The notes under the pieces: generated by a model
The model's database searches: none
The model's input: only the letters and a program-made list of their open reading frames with translations
Told to the model about the DNA's origin: nothing
Shown here: piece by piece, positions 43,416 to 56,275 of the stretch
How positions within the stretch are numbered: the stretch's first letter is position 1
Layout of the letters: the number at the start of each line of letters is the position of its first letter
Source: Eledone cirrhosa
Taxonomy: Eukaryota
DNA length: 64,000 bases
Assembly: GCA_964016885.1 (NCBI GenBank)
Contig: CAXHJY010001444.1
Location: forward strand, 1-64,000
Direction of reading: 5' to 3'
Position numbers and translations under genes: made by a program

Positions 43416-46400
43416 TTCTAGAATAGGCATTATTAAATTTAATGTAGAGGGTGACGGATTGGTAGAGTCGTTAAAACGTCGGATAAAATGTTTTGTGGTA
43501 TTTGTTTACGACCCTTTACGTTCTGAGTTCAAATGCCGACGAGGTTAACTTTGCTTTCATCCTTTCAGGGATCGATAACATAAAATTTTAGTCAAGTACT
43601 GACGTCAATTTAATCGACTTCCCTTTACTCAAATTACTGGCCTTGTGCTGAGATTATTAATCATATTTCTAATTAAACGCGCCGTATGTCAATTGATTAA
43701 TGTACAATTTAGAAGGATCAAGATTATTAAGATGGCACTTATTTATATAATCAATCTAAACGTCCGTATTGAACTAGTAAGCCAAGACAAACCAGGGGAA
43801 GTATTTAGTACTTCTTACAGCTGAGAAGCAAAAACAACATAGGTAGAGATAAATGAATATAAAAATAAAAAAAATAATTAGATAGGGAAGGCAAACGGGA
43901 GGCAGAATAAGCATTAAAAAAAAAAAAATGCAAAATAAGGGAAGCTGTAAAACAGCTAGTAGTTTCGTAACCTCCATGTACTCAATGATTTTGATTATAG
44001 TTTGTAGATCTTGTTATTAAAATGGAATTTATAACATAACTTTAAAACTAGGTTCTTATATGAATGTAAAGTTGGAAAATTTTAATTTAAAAAGGAATCC
44101 ATTATAAATGGTTATTTTCTTTTCCAGTGGCCGGATTGGTATGTCATAGATTTAATTATATGTTCATGTTAGGGTTAGAGTTAGGGTTAGGAAAACACTA
44201 AGAAAGAAAAAAAGCTGGTGCTGTACAAATATGTTTAACCACATTAATAAAACTGCTAACTAGCTCTTGGAACTATTGACTGCCAGCTATATTGTTTCTA
44301 TGTCTATCCTACTTGTAATATAACGTCTTCTACTTCTCTGACTGGATTTAATCGATATAATCAACTAAACCTTTCAAGGTGGTGTCTCAGCATGGATGTT
44401 GTCTAATGACTGAAACATGTAAAAGAGTGGTATTTCTAATGTAACCGCCACTATCATAAGTATTATACATAATAAACGGCACAATCTAAATTCATGTAAT
44501 ACACATGTCTTATCCTACACCTTTGATGTAAATTAAGATGTCTTCCACACATATACTTTTTTAACTCAACTTCAGTCAAATCTTTGGAAATAAAAAAATA
44601 TTTCTATTATCTACGATTACACCGCCATGTTGATTCAAGTGTGTTAATCGTTGTTTAGCTATATTCACAGAAATAACTTCAGGGTAATTAGTCGAATTAT
44701 ACGCATGAGCTTCATAGAATATTACGAAAGTAATTATATTTCTCCATACGATGCTTTACTGGTGAAAGCGTATGGCGTATAGATACGATGTTCAGTTTAG
44801 CATCGCAAGATCGTGAGTTCGATTTGCGTTTGAACAACACTATTTCTCACTGATATACCACTCTTTTACACTCAAATGGAAAAGAAAAATGATTTATACC
44901 AGAAGTGTCAGCCTTCTCATACACCGTGGCTTGCTGAATCTCCCTGAGTTAAGGCCTCCCGTAGCTGTAGAATACTGAACAATTTACGCATTAATTCATG
45001 TATATATATATATACATATATGTATGTGTGTGTGTGTGTGAGTGAGTGTGTGTGTTTGTGTGTGTGTATGTATGTTTGTATGTGTGTATGTATACATACA
45101 TACACAAGTACACATAAACATGAATATAATTCATTTACATTTAAAGGAATGCATCACTATCTCATTGTTTATGTACATTCACATGCAAATATACATGCCG
45201 TCTAAGCTCTTTATACTTCATGAGTAGCGTGAGTGCAAGAGAGAGAGAGAGAGAGAGAGAGAGTGTGTGTGAGTATGTGTGTATAAGTGTGTGTATGGCT
45301 TCGATATACGTTTGTTTAGACTGCATAACATTGTATCCAGTAGTCGACCATTGCTCTATGGCATGACTAAGTTGACGTTGGGATAAGCAACTGTTTATGT
45401 AAAACCACTGAGTTGACACTGAGTTGTTAAGAGAGAGGAAGGGAGAGAGAGAGAGAGTGAGAAAAGGAAGTGCGAAGCTTCCTTGAGTTCAAATAATACC
45501 TACTAATCCGTGATTTATAATCCACAATATGTTGCTACAACATTCTAAAACGACAACGATAAATCGATCAGAAACCAATAAGTGAACATGTTTTATATAG
45601 AGTAGGCTAACATCAATTGATTTCCTACCATTCCACATTATTAAAAACCACATGTGTTAAAAACCCTTTTATAAATGTGATGTGTACTTGTGTAGGCAAT
45701 GTTGGTCATAATTATTGGTTCAGTACATAAAATGGGCCCGAATCTTGCACGGTCAGAAAAATACACTAGGCAATGTAATCCTAGATACACTACAAAAAAC
45801 AGAATGTATGAAATAAAAATTAAAGATAAAGTAAATTATCGGTAACAAAACAATTTTTATATTTTTAATGAACCGCCCTATAGTTAAACATATTTTCAAA
45901 ATGTGAAATATAAGGTAAAAACATTATTGCTATTGATTTGTTTAACTGATCATTACTATGTCGAATGAAAACAACTGCCTATGATTTTCAAATAACTGAG
46001 ATTTAATGAAACAGTGATCATTCTCCTTAATAGTGGTGTTTGGAATATAATTTGATAAGTGTTCTTATTAGGTCAATAAACTAACAAAAGCTAACATAAC
46101 TCTAGTAATAGAATAGCTGCTTGTTATACTGAAGATTTCTCTAAATTCGTTAGCTTAAATTTAAAAACGTTCAATTATATCCTGACAATGATTTGTTATT
46201 ACGTAACATCGAACAGGAGTGTCAGTGGATTCGATGCTTAAATAGAAAACAATTACCTCAATTTCTAACACATTAATAGAGTTTCATTAACTAGCTACAT
46301 TGGCACTATTCAGCTCAATTTATTACATAATTATATACTAAAGGCGCAGATGGTTAAGCATTCGCTTCGCATCAATATGTGAAGCATCATGAGCAAAGAG

Positions 46401-46524
46401 CTATTATCATAGCTTCGGGTTGACCAACAGCTAGCGTGGAATATTATGGAGCCAGAAACTGGCGCAGCCCGTCACATAAGCATAAACATACACACACACA
46501 CAGTGATATATATGTATATATAAA

Positions 46525-46748
46525 CTAAGGGAAATTAACAAACCGAAGACAATACGAACAAAAGACGCAGAACTCCAGGATCTTCAGCCGTTGACGTAAA
46601 CTTTGGCAGTTTCGACCTCTACCAACGGTACTTTTAGTCCACCCGGGATACACAGCGTCTGACACAAGTCGAACCGCTGTCCGTGGGGTAAGAGACAAGA
46701 CATCGTATTTGGTCGACGGCTGAGGGTAAAGAGTACTCAATACCGAGT
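46525..46748 (-). repeat. GC-richer insert between microsatellites with PLE-end-like motifs
   Basis: Minus strand: actcggtattgagtact ... gaggtcGAAACtgccaaagtttacg; the last block is shared with 18880. Confidence 0.45.
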
Positions 46749-46751
46749 ATA

Positions 46752-46787
<36 letters not shown>

Positions 46788-46812
46788 TGTATGTATGTAT
46801 GTATGTATGTAT

Positions 46813-47422
46813 GTCAGGTCACCAGTTGGTGCTACTGGTAACATGTATCCCAGTACAACCTGTCTCATGGTCGGGTCGTTGGCGACTAAACTGGCAACCC
46901 CACCAAGGTTTCTTGGTGAGGAGGGTGACTTTGGACATCCTGCAGGACTAAAAACAAAACCTGTCAAAGGGCAAAAGAGCTCTTAAGAGTCAATGGCCAT
47001 CCAAAATCACCGGGAGAGATGACCCCTTAGCCTTTGTCAAGGCAGAATTCTAGGAGAAGGAAAACTCTGATATAGCACCTGCAACCCTGATGGTATCCAA
47101 TGATGTTGACTTGTTCTTATTTTTGGTAAATATCATCTTGGTTAAGAGAGTGGGACTGGCTTTGTGCAGTGCCTTTGCTCACTATAAAAGCTTCACGGCA
47201 CAGGCATTGTTTTATATCTGGAGATCTCTCTGCACTTGTCGCCACATGGTACCATGGGCCAAGCACTATGTGTCAGTAATTGTCACAAGTGTAGTGTTTG
47301 TACCAGAGTTTTCAAGTCACTGGCTGGACTAAAAAGTCACACTCGTTCAGCGCATCAGTAGGGGTTCTCCTACATGGATATAAAGTAGTGGCCGTACTCG
47401 AAAACGAGTTGGCAGTCACCAT
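46813..47422 (-). mobile_element. Non-autonomous RTE-derived repeat in (CATA)n, longer copy
   Basis: Near-identical to 20156-20705 plus a ~58-nt 3' extension. Confidence 0.7.
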
Positions 47423-47495
47423 GTATGTATGTATGAGTGTATGCACTCTATTTTATAAGCTATTTTATAGCATCTCCGCCCATGACCACACCACT

Positions 47496-47549
<54 letters not shown>

Positions 47550-47646
47550 AGTCTATTTGTAGAACCGTGAAGTGAGTTACGAATTTTGAACTTTAAAGAT
47601 AACTTAATGTTAACTAATAGTCAGTTTAAAGTGTTCGATCTAAGAT

Positions 47647-47760
<114 letters not shown>

Positions 47761-47772
47761 TATATACACATG

Positions 47773-47818
<46 letters not shown>

Positions 47819-47855
47819 CACACATACACACACACACACATATATATATACACAT

Positions 47856-47896
<41 letters not shown>

Positions 47897-48250
47897 CATA
47901 CATATATGCCCCTCCCAAAGTATAGCAATATATATATATATATTACTATACTTTAGGAGGGGCATGCTGTCAATAAAAACTTATGCACCTGTTGATTTTA
48001 ACTTCAATCTATAATAAATTTCCAGTTGGTTAGTTTGTTCGTTAACCGGATGGTTGATTATATATTGTCAAAGCTCTTTCGTCACACATTCTGTGATCTC
48101 AGTTTCAGTGCTTTTTATTTTGTGACACTCCTTAGTTCTGTCCAACACACAAAAAGAAGATGGTGCAGGACAGAACAAAAGAGAAACACAAAATAAAAAA
48201 ACTCAGTCACTGAGGAGGTAGAAAAATAAATATACACAAAATATATAAAT

Positions 48251-48336
<86 letters not shown>

Positions 48337-48669
48337 TATATAGGTAGATAGAATCAGATATATATGTAGACAGATATATATGTAGACAGACAGTTATGTA
48401 GATAGGATTATTGCCCGAAGATTCATAGATAGATATAGGGGAGCTGCTCAACCTTTGATAATATTGTCATAACCAAGGGTGCCTACTTCCATACATCACT
48501 AAGTCTGTTGTGTTCTGTGATTTTAAAATGCACATACCTGTAATCCTTATACAATCATATGTATTCAGCATTGATTACTAAAGTATTTAATGAGCAGTGA
48601 AATAATACGTTTATTTCCCATCGGGACCTATGCCTACTAGCAGCTATGCACAGGTTTGTGAAGATTTTT

Positions 48670-48830
48670 TATTCTTTTATTGGTTACAATCAGTGGACTG
48701 CAGTCATGAAAGGAACCGCCTTGAAGCGACTTAGCAGATCGTATCGACACCAATACTTATATTTTCAAGACTGGTACTTAATTTATCGATCTCTATTTGT
48801 CAAACCAATAAGGTAGGGATATAGGCAAAC
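48670..48830 (-). mobile_element. Fragment of a further SINE family (also ~10590-10650, 39080-39190, 44350-44430)
   Basis: Shared ttactcttttac.tgtt.cag.cat..gactg.ggccatg.tgg.gcaccgcctt end. Confidence 0.5.
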
Positions 48831-49029
48831 ACACACACACACGTACCCCCACACACACAGACCCCCCCACCCACATACGCGCGCGCACATGGTAACATAT
48901 TGTCAAGAGATTACCTAAAATAAGTTACGTTTAGTCTTTGCTATCGAGAGTAGTTTTTGTATTATATGTAGGATGCTAGAAAAAACATCATATGCTATTA
49001 CTGAAAAAAACATCTTCCTCCCATTATTT

Positions 49030-49183
49030 ATACTTTGACGCATAGAGTTACGGCCCTTGCCATTCTGAGTTCAAATCCCGCCGAGGTTAACTTTGCCTTT
49101 CATCCTTACGGGGTTGATAAAATAAAGTACCAGTAATACACTGGGATAATTGCTGGCCTTGTGCCAAAAGTAGAAACAATTAT
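49030..49183 (+). mobile_element. tRNA-SINE copy (other dispersed copies ~23355-23460, 37945-38060, 42100-42260, 43448-43655, 49540-49695, 58943-59158)
   Basis: Same B box, core and tail as the 26-32 kb cluster. Confidence 0.85.
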
Positions 49184-50757
49184 TTATAATGGAATTGCTT
49201 TAGTTTTGAATGTAGCATAGCTTATGCACAAAGATGGTAGTAAAGCTTCGCAAAGTAAGCAACACGGACAAAGCAGTTACGTATTCAGTAGGCGTTCTCG
49301 ATGTCCATTTTAACAGGTTATCTTGCTGAGTATTTCAACATATAATCATTGTTCGGCAATCGATTGCTCAAACTATTATATCCAAAAGATTTGTCTTTCA
49401 TCAAATACCCAAAGAAAAAAAGTGAGGCAAATTTAAAGCAATTTCTTCTTCATCATGATCGCAATCATTTATTAGATCTAGTGGAATATAATTTGACTTA
49501 ATGTGAAAATGAGCGTATTTCAAGTTGAAATAGGTTATTAATTATAATGGTTTCTGATTTAGGCACGAGGCCAAAAATTTGGGGGAAGGAAAAGTCGAAT
49601 AAATCGACCCCAGTGCATTACTGCTGCTTTATTTTATCGATCTCGTAAGGAGGAAAGGCAAAGCTAACCTCAGCGGGATTTGAACTCAGAACTTATTAAT
49701 TATAATGCTATGTCAAAATATATACGATGACGTATTCCTCTCTCGTATAAAACACTGCAGGCGCGAGTATTGGAAATGTATTATATACAGTTACTTTGTT
49801 GATTTTTCCTTAGATGTTTAAATATTTTTGTTTGTTAAATTGGTAAAATAAAAAAATAATCACATCTCACTTATTGAAGAGTATTCTTTCTTGCGCAGTA
49901 CTATCAGAATCGTAAGTACAGGTAATTAAATGTTTTGATCAGTGCTGGACAAAATAAATCGATTATAATTTTCTTTGTCTTTCTTATCCTTCCCATATCT
50001 TTAAAAGGAATATTCGGTGACGTTCAATAATTTTGATACATAAAGTAATAATAATAATTTCACTCATACCGCAGAAGATCTTTTGTAACTTTTCGTTACC
50101 ATATTACTAATAAAAGATACACCTATTATTTGAAAAAGAATCTTAAGGGATTTTATAATGCAAATAATTTGCTCATAATTAAACTGATGTTTGGAACATA
50201 ACCTAACAAAAGTTCTTATCTAATGCAATGATGGAAAGTTTACTGCTACATAGATAGTCTTTAAAACAAACAGTTTCTCACAATTTATTTGGTGTTTGGA
50301 ACATAACTTAAGAAAGGTTCTTAGATAAAATTAGATAGAAAGGTTTTACATAAATATACATTTTAAATAAAAAACATTGTATCATGGATTCGGTAGAGAT
50401 AACAGACGATTTGGTATCAAAACAGTTAGATACACAGATATGTGTGCATCTATTTTATTTATTTCCTTTGATAATGTATCCAGAGTCTCTATCGAAAAGC
50501 ATATGTTAACATCCTATCTTGACAATGTGAAAGATGTGTCGTATTGAAACTCGGCGAGATATACACGAGCGAAATCTGTTGTACTCGCCTACGTTCTGAA
50601 GATAAATGAAATTGTTTGTATAAATCTTCCGATGTAACCTGTCATTGTGTAAGGCAAGGATCAGCATATATGTGATGTTCGTATCATGCACAATAGAGTT
50701 CAAATGACCTATGAGTTATATGCGAAATATTATTACCTGAGAGTAGGTATTTAATAG

Positions 50758-50794
<37 letters not shown>

Positions 50795-50878
50795 CATGTG
50801 TGTATACACACATGTATATCTATCTATACGTGTATAAAGATTTATATATTGCTTCATTATATTTGTACACACACACAG

Positions 50879-50937
<59 letters not shown>

Positions 50938-51002
50938 AAAAGAGTCAGGACTCCGACGGGTGAGCTCCGGCCGTTTCGACAACTAGATCCGAACTAAGCC
51001 AC

Positions 51003-51048
<46 letters not shown>

Positions 51049-51049
<1 letters not shown>

Positions 51050-52195
51050 TGGCTTTCAACCCCAGGTGCATTCAACCCCTCCCCACCTCCTGTATACTAA
51101 CACCCACTAACACCTCTTCACCAAACTACACACACACCAGTACACCACACTCCCTCCATAGAACCACACACACCCTTCTCTCCCCGCTCCACCCACACCC
51201 CCGCTCCACACTCACTCATCCCACTAACACCCCTACTAATACACACACACACACACACCCTCCTCACTCCAACTTTCACACCTACCCATCCTCGCCCCCT
51301 TACCATTCCACCTACTGCTGCTATGCCCTTCTGACCACCTCCCAGCACCAACAGACCACAGCACTCCCACTGCTGACCACTTCCTGTTGCGCGCGCACCC
51401 CACATCTTTCCTCTTCCGACCACCGCTTCATGGATTACCCACACGCAGAAATTGACTTATAACCAATCCTCCCAAATCCTTGGAACTTACCAACTTTTCA
51501 ACCATCCTCTTACGTCACCACCTATATAACTCACCCACACACACACCCCAAAAAAATGTTTTTCTCCACACGCCACCCACACCCACAACACGCTTTAACC
51601 CCACACACACGTGCTTCCCACCACATATTTACACCCTCATCCTCCTGATTCCTCTCCCCCCACCCCCCTATCCACACACGCACAGACACTCCGACCCACA
51701 AAAACACCCCCCACACACACCTCTTCCTGAACATGCAACTCCGTTCTTCCCCCAACCCTTACTTTCACATACACACACACACACACACACGCACACCTAC
51801 ACACACACACACCACCTTCAGCCCTCCCCGCTCGGACACCCCGTCTCCCTCTCCCCACTCCACCCGCCACCACCCCTACTCACCCCACACCCTTCCACCA
51901 CCTGTTTACCCCCCTTTTAATTTCAGTTTATTTTGATCATGCCTTTATTTTTAAATTTTCTCATTCCTTGTATTTTGATCATGCTTTATTTTTTTATTTT
52001 TTATCTTTTTTCGCTATATGTCTCTCCACCACTCCCCTACACACCTTTTGAACTCTGTTCCCACACACTTCTCACCTGAGGAAGGGCTTATGCCCGAAAC
52101 GTCGTCCCCCACCTACCCCCACTCTCCTGAGCGTGAAATTAATAAACATTTATTGTACTGCCTCTCTGTTTTGTCCCTGTTCAAACAAATTTTTT
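51049..52195 (+). mobile_element. Family E second copy, HHR at 52074-52105
   Basis: AC-CTGAGGA-A-GGGC(TTAT)GCCC-GAAA-CG-TC^GT; body colinear with 21060-22075; (TA)n on both sides. Confidence 0.78.
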
Positions 52196-52196
52196 C

Positions 52197-52232
<36 letters not shown>

Positions 52233-52313
52233 AATAAAAACCATTTTACCATTACGAATGGGTTAGAAAATAGACACTTAGAGAGAAAAATGAAATTAAG
52301 CTCGCGTATATGC

Positions 52314-52360
<47 letters not shown>

Positions 52361-52392
52361 TACACGGGTGTGTATGATTGTGTATAGAAGAT

Positions 52393-52711
52393 TATATTAA
52401 TAAAAGGAATTCCAACTTTGTCTGATTTACTCGTTTTATTTACAATCCTTTAAAATGTATAATGGTATTAGAATGAAATAGTATGGTAGAAGTATTAAAT
52501 TTTAAGTGTTAATTGAACAAGTACTTTCATGCTTTCGCAATCTTCAGGTTCATATTCTTGAAGATTGCGAAAGCATGAAAGTACTTGTTCAATTAACACT
52601 TAACATTTAATATTCTACCACACTATTTCATTCTAATACCATTATACATTTTAAAGGATTGTAAATAAAACGAGTAAATCAGACAAAGTTGGAATTCCTT
52701 TTATTAATATA
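52393..52711. repeat. ~320-bp near-perfect palindrome of a PLE end, HHR at the centre
   Basis: ~155-bp arms with a few mismatches around gttcatattct. Confidence 0.92.
52514..52552 (-). ncRNA. Type-I HHR motif
   Basis: TGAAC-CTGAAGA-T-TGC(GAAA)GCA-T-GAAA-GTAC-TT^GTTCA. Confidence 0.8.
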
Positions 52712-52775
52712 TATTTATATATATAAAATAAAGTTAAATAAAAAGTCAAATGATTAAAATTTAGCTTCGTTTATT

Positions 52776-52830
52776 ACTGCTATATATATTTCAGTGACAG
52801 CCATCTTTGGCTGTGACCTCTTCAGGCAGT
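52776..52830 (-). ncRNA. Type-I HHR motif
   Basis: ACTGC-CTGAAGA-GGTCACAGCCA(AAGA)TGGCTGTCACT-GAAA-TATATA-TA^GCAGT. Confidence 0.85.
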
Positions 52831-53092
52831 TTGAATTAGTATGGTATAGACAAGTACATATGTTGTTGAGGTGTATAATATTGTCAATACTCTGATATGC
52901 TCAGTTCCTGGTTGGGTTATTATTTCACTGAGGAACTGGAATCATATGAATTCAAACAAACGTTTGAATTCCGGAGTAGTCTCCGGAATAACCAAACCAA
53001 CTTGCGCACTTCGTCGAGTGCTCCAGCATGCATACTGAGGTGTTGGTATACAACCAACATAAACTCAAAATCTATATATATATATCTATATA

Positions 53093-53143
<51 letters not shown>

Positions 53144-53224
53144 TATACTTCTCTTAGGTCAGTTAGATCGCAGATATATATATATAAAAGACAGCGAGAA
53201 GCGAAAACCAACCAAACAGTGAGT

Positions 53225-53278
53225 GTGTTCTGTTATTAATTCTGGCAATATTACGCAAATATGACCCTCCCCAAATAT

Positions 53279-53317
<39 letters not shown>

Positions 53318-53747
53318 ATGCTTCCATAGGTGGTATGCCGGTTGGGCACTCTATGTCCTTACAGAGCAGAGTGTGATATAATACAAAACGAAAAATCAGT
53401 GATGCATCTGGACTCAATTTATTGTGTGTTACAATTGTTTCGCCGGCAGACAGTTCGAGACACGATCATTGTATGGATCTGTCTGATTCTGGAAACTGCT
53501 GGTTCGTCGGACACTGGCAATAATTCCGGATCAAAATTTCTTAATCAGTTTCCAGAATCAGACAGATCCATACAATGATCGTGTCTCGAGCTGTCTGCCG
53601 GCGAAACAATTGTAACACACAATAAATTGAGTCTAGAATCATCACTGATTTTTCGTTTTATATTATATTATATTATATATATATATATTAGTTTTGCGTT
53701 ATTAATTCTGGCAATATTATTACACAAATATGACCCTCCCCAAGTAT

Positions 53748-53752
<5 letters not shown>
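53225..53752 (+). repeat. ~55-bp direct repeat (53236-53283 / 53698-53752) bracketing the family D insert
   Basis: gttattaattctggcaatatta..caaatatgaccctccccaa.tataacaa, each followed by (TA)n. Confidence 0.8.
53315..53668 (-). mobile_element. Family D tail (53315-53375) + palindrome (53376-53498 / 53546-53668) with mutated HHR 53426-53514
   Basis: Minus: GTGT-CCGACGA-accagcag..ctgccggc-GAAA-CAATTG-TA^ACAC. The tail recurs alone at 61861-61928. Confidence 0.82.
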
Positions 53753-53795
<43 letters not shown>

Positions 53796-53799
53796 GTGT

Positions 53800-53990
53800 A
53801 AAAGGTAAACAGAAATAACATCACAATCAGTACAGTATATGGAAGGAATATATTAGGTTAACGCTTGAAATACCAGGAAGAGGTGCTTAACGTGTTGGGC
53901 GCTAGTCCTTTATCAGAAGAAAGAAAGAGAAATAAGATAGATTAAAGGGACGGGCGGGGTGGAATTGGAAAATAACTGGTCCATTTATGA
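53800..53990 (-). mobile_element. Old PLE-end fragment with decayed HHR
   Basis: Minus: CTGATAA-A-GGAC(TAGC)GCCC-AACA-CG-TTAAG. Confidence 0.4.
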
Positions 53991-54047
53991 TGCCATCTCT
54001 TATATATATATGAACGTTGACTTAATACCAGCGATGTTCGTTAATTT

Positions 54048-54090
<43 letters not shown>

Positions 54091-54363
54091 GGTGTGATAT
54101 CAGGCCAGAATTAGCTTCCCTGCTGAAATGGTTTCTGTTCTGCTTCAATTGATACTCCACCAAACTGCGCATGAATTTATGTGAAGCTCATCTATGTATG
54201 ATTAAATGTAAGTGAAGTTCTACACCAGGCTAAATGAAGGCAGACTTTGATGACGAATGATAAGGGAAGTTACCGTATGTTATACTACTTCTACTACTAC
54301 TATTACTGCTACTACTATTGTTATCATTATTATTATTAAATTTTAACAAAGCCAAATTAATAA

Positions 54364-54550
54364 TAATTGTTTCTACTTTTGGCACAAGGCCAGCAATTAT
54401 CCCAGTGCATTACTGGTACTTTATTTTATTGATCCCGTAAGGATGAAAGGCAATGTCAACCTCGGCGGGATTTGAACTCAGATTGTAAAGGGACGTAACT
54501 ATGCTGGAAAGCATGGCGTCCGACCCTCTACCGATACTGCCAATCCACCG

Positions 54551-54553
<3 letters not shown>
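54364..54553 (-). mobile_element. Full-length tRNA-derived SINE
   Basis: GGCGGTGGATTGGCAGTATCGG...GAGTTCAAATCCCGCCG...AGTAGAAACAATTA. Confidence 0.88.
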
Positions 54554-54596
<43 letters not shown>

Positions 54597-54603
<7 letters not shown>

Positions 54604-54719
54604 CAAATAACGAAACGAAATTAAATTTCGTTTCGTTTGTAACTCACTTTTGTATGAGTCATACAAAAGTGAGTTACAAACGAAACGAAATTTAATTTCG
54701 TTTCGTTATTTGTTTTTAT
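54597..54719. repeat. Perfect 123-bp palindrome (61-bp arms, 1-nt centre)
   Basis: Arms checked base by base; each contains the nested hairpin acgaaacgaaatt-a-aatttcgtttcgt. Confidence 0.95.
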
Positions 54720-54845
54720 CGTCTCCGTTGAACCGGTACGTACTCACACTCTATGCAAATTAGTCTGCCCACTACTAATTTTCATAGAAAAAGCATATAA
54801 CGATATGTGCTTTTACGATTCTCTAGAAAGGCCGGAAGATAGGTA

Positions 54846-54890
54846 AATATTGCTGATGAGTTGTAACAACAACGAAACTAGTTCAATATT
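54846..54890 (+). ncRNA. Canonical type-I HHR motif
   Basis: AATATTG-CTGATGA-GTTGT(AACA)ACAAC-GAAA-CTAG-TT^CAATATT; all three stems perfect. Confidence 0.9.
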
Positions 54891-55105
54891 CCTTGTCTGG
54901 CTTTCTGGAGAATAGAGGAAAGGTGTTTCCTCAAAAACCAGTATGACTCTAAAAACCGGTTTGTCTGTGTGTTTACATACAGAATAGCTGGACACTCACA
55001 GTAAAGTGACCAGTGAAAAACTCGGTACATCTACATATGTATACGTGTGTGTATTCATATGCATACTAGTATTTCAGTATACATATGTGGATGTACATTT
55101 TTAAC

Positions 55106-55151
<46 letters not shown>

Positions 55152-55503
55152 CTAGGTGCCATTTTGATGTATCTCACACTCATTCAATTACATTAAATAA
55201 AAGTCTACTGACATATATTCATTTTTTCAAATCTATTTCAAAGCTATTCTCTTTTTTTCTCCACGCATATCTTCGTATTAGTCTTTTTTTTTCTCTCTCA
55301 TTAAATATGCATAGTGAGGAAATGTTTTACGAATGAAATAGTTCTAGTCACGTACGTATAAGTCATTTCTATAATAAAATGCATATACCTATTCTTTACT
55401 GACGTATCGAGTATCTTTGTTAACGTCTTAAATCAGGATCCTACACACACACTCTCACACACACACACATATATATGTATATGTATTTATGTAGGCCTAT
55501 ATA

Positions 55504-55534
<31 letters not shown>

Positions 55535-55541
55535 GTGTGTT

Positions 55542-55614
<73 letters not shown>

Positions 55615-55814
55615 TTATGTGTGTGTATATATATATATATGTATATAGATGTGTGTGTGTGTGTGTGTGTGTTCTATATCACAATGTTTTACCAATAAAT
55701 GATACAGTACAACTTTATTATGTGTGTGTGTATATATATATACGTATATATGTATGATTGTATGTATATGTGTGGCCATCCATATATACATACATACTTG
55801 CATACATGATCAAG

Positions 55815-56275
55815 ATCTCATGGAGGTCTCATATACAAGATACTAATATGCTGCAGGGAACTAGTCTTCCAAGCATCGAGACCATGATCTTGAACAGCGT
55901 CACCAGTGGTCACGTGACATAGTACGCTTAGAGGATAGTGGATTCCCCAAACAAGTATTGTGTGGAGATCTATTTCAAAGCAAGCGCTTGCAGTGCAAAT
56001 CACTTTAAAGTGCAAGCGTTTTAAAGTCTATCTGAAAGATATCCTGAAAAAGGTTAACATCAACACTGAAAGTCTTGCAACAGACAGAGACCAGTAGCGA
56101 AATCTGATTGCTACCGGTGTTAGGGATTTGAAAAGGTGCAGAGTGTCTATGCTGGGGGACATTAATCTGCTCTCAGAACGGAATTGGAAAGAGGCTCTTA
56201 CCTCTAAGGGATGATGTGGATGTGTATGTATGTCCAAGGCTGGACTGCTAAGCCATAGCAGACGTCATACTCATG
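55815..56275 (+). mobile_element. RTE/BovB-like LINE 3' fragment
   Basis: SLPSIETMIL..IVRLEDSGFPKQVLCGDL..KRFK..LATDRD..CGCVCMSKAGLLSHSRRH, frameshifted. Confidence 0.78.

Noticed and set aside
44169-44191. TTAGGG telomere-like repeats
   Set aside because: Under four imperfect units; too short to call a telomeric remnant.
52900-53072. CTGAGGA with several hairpins as an HHR
   Set aside because: No properly placed GAAA or stem III; at most a rearranged remnant.
54364-54553. tRNA gene (A/B boxes)
   Set aside because: No cloverleaf; it continues into a multi-copy SINE body.
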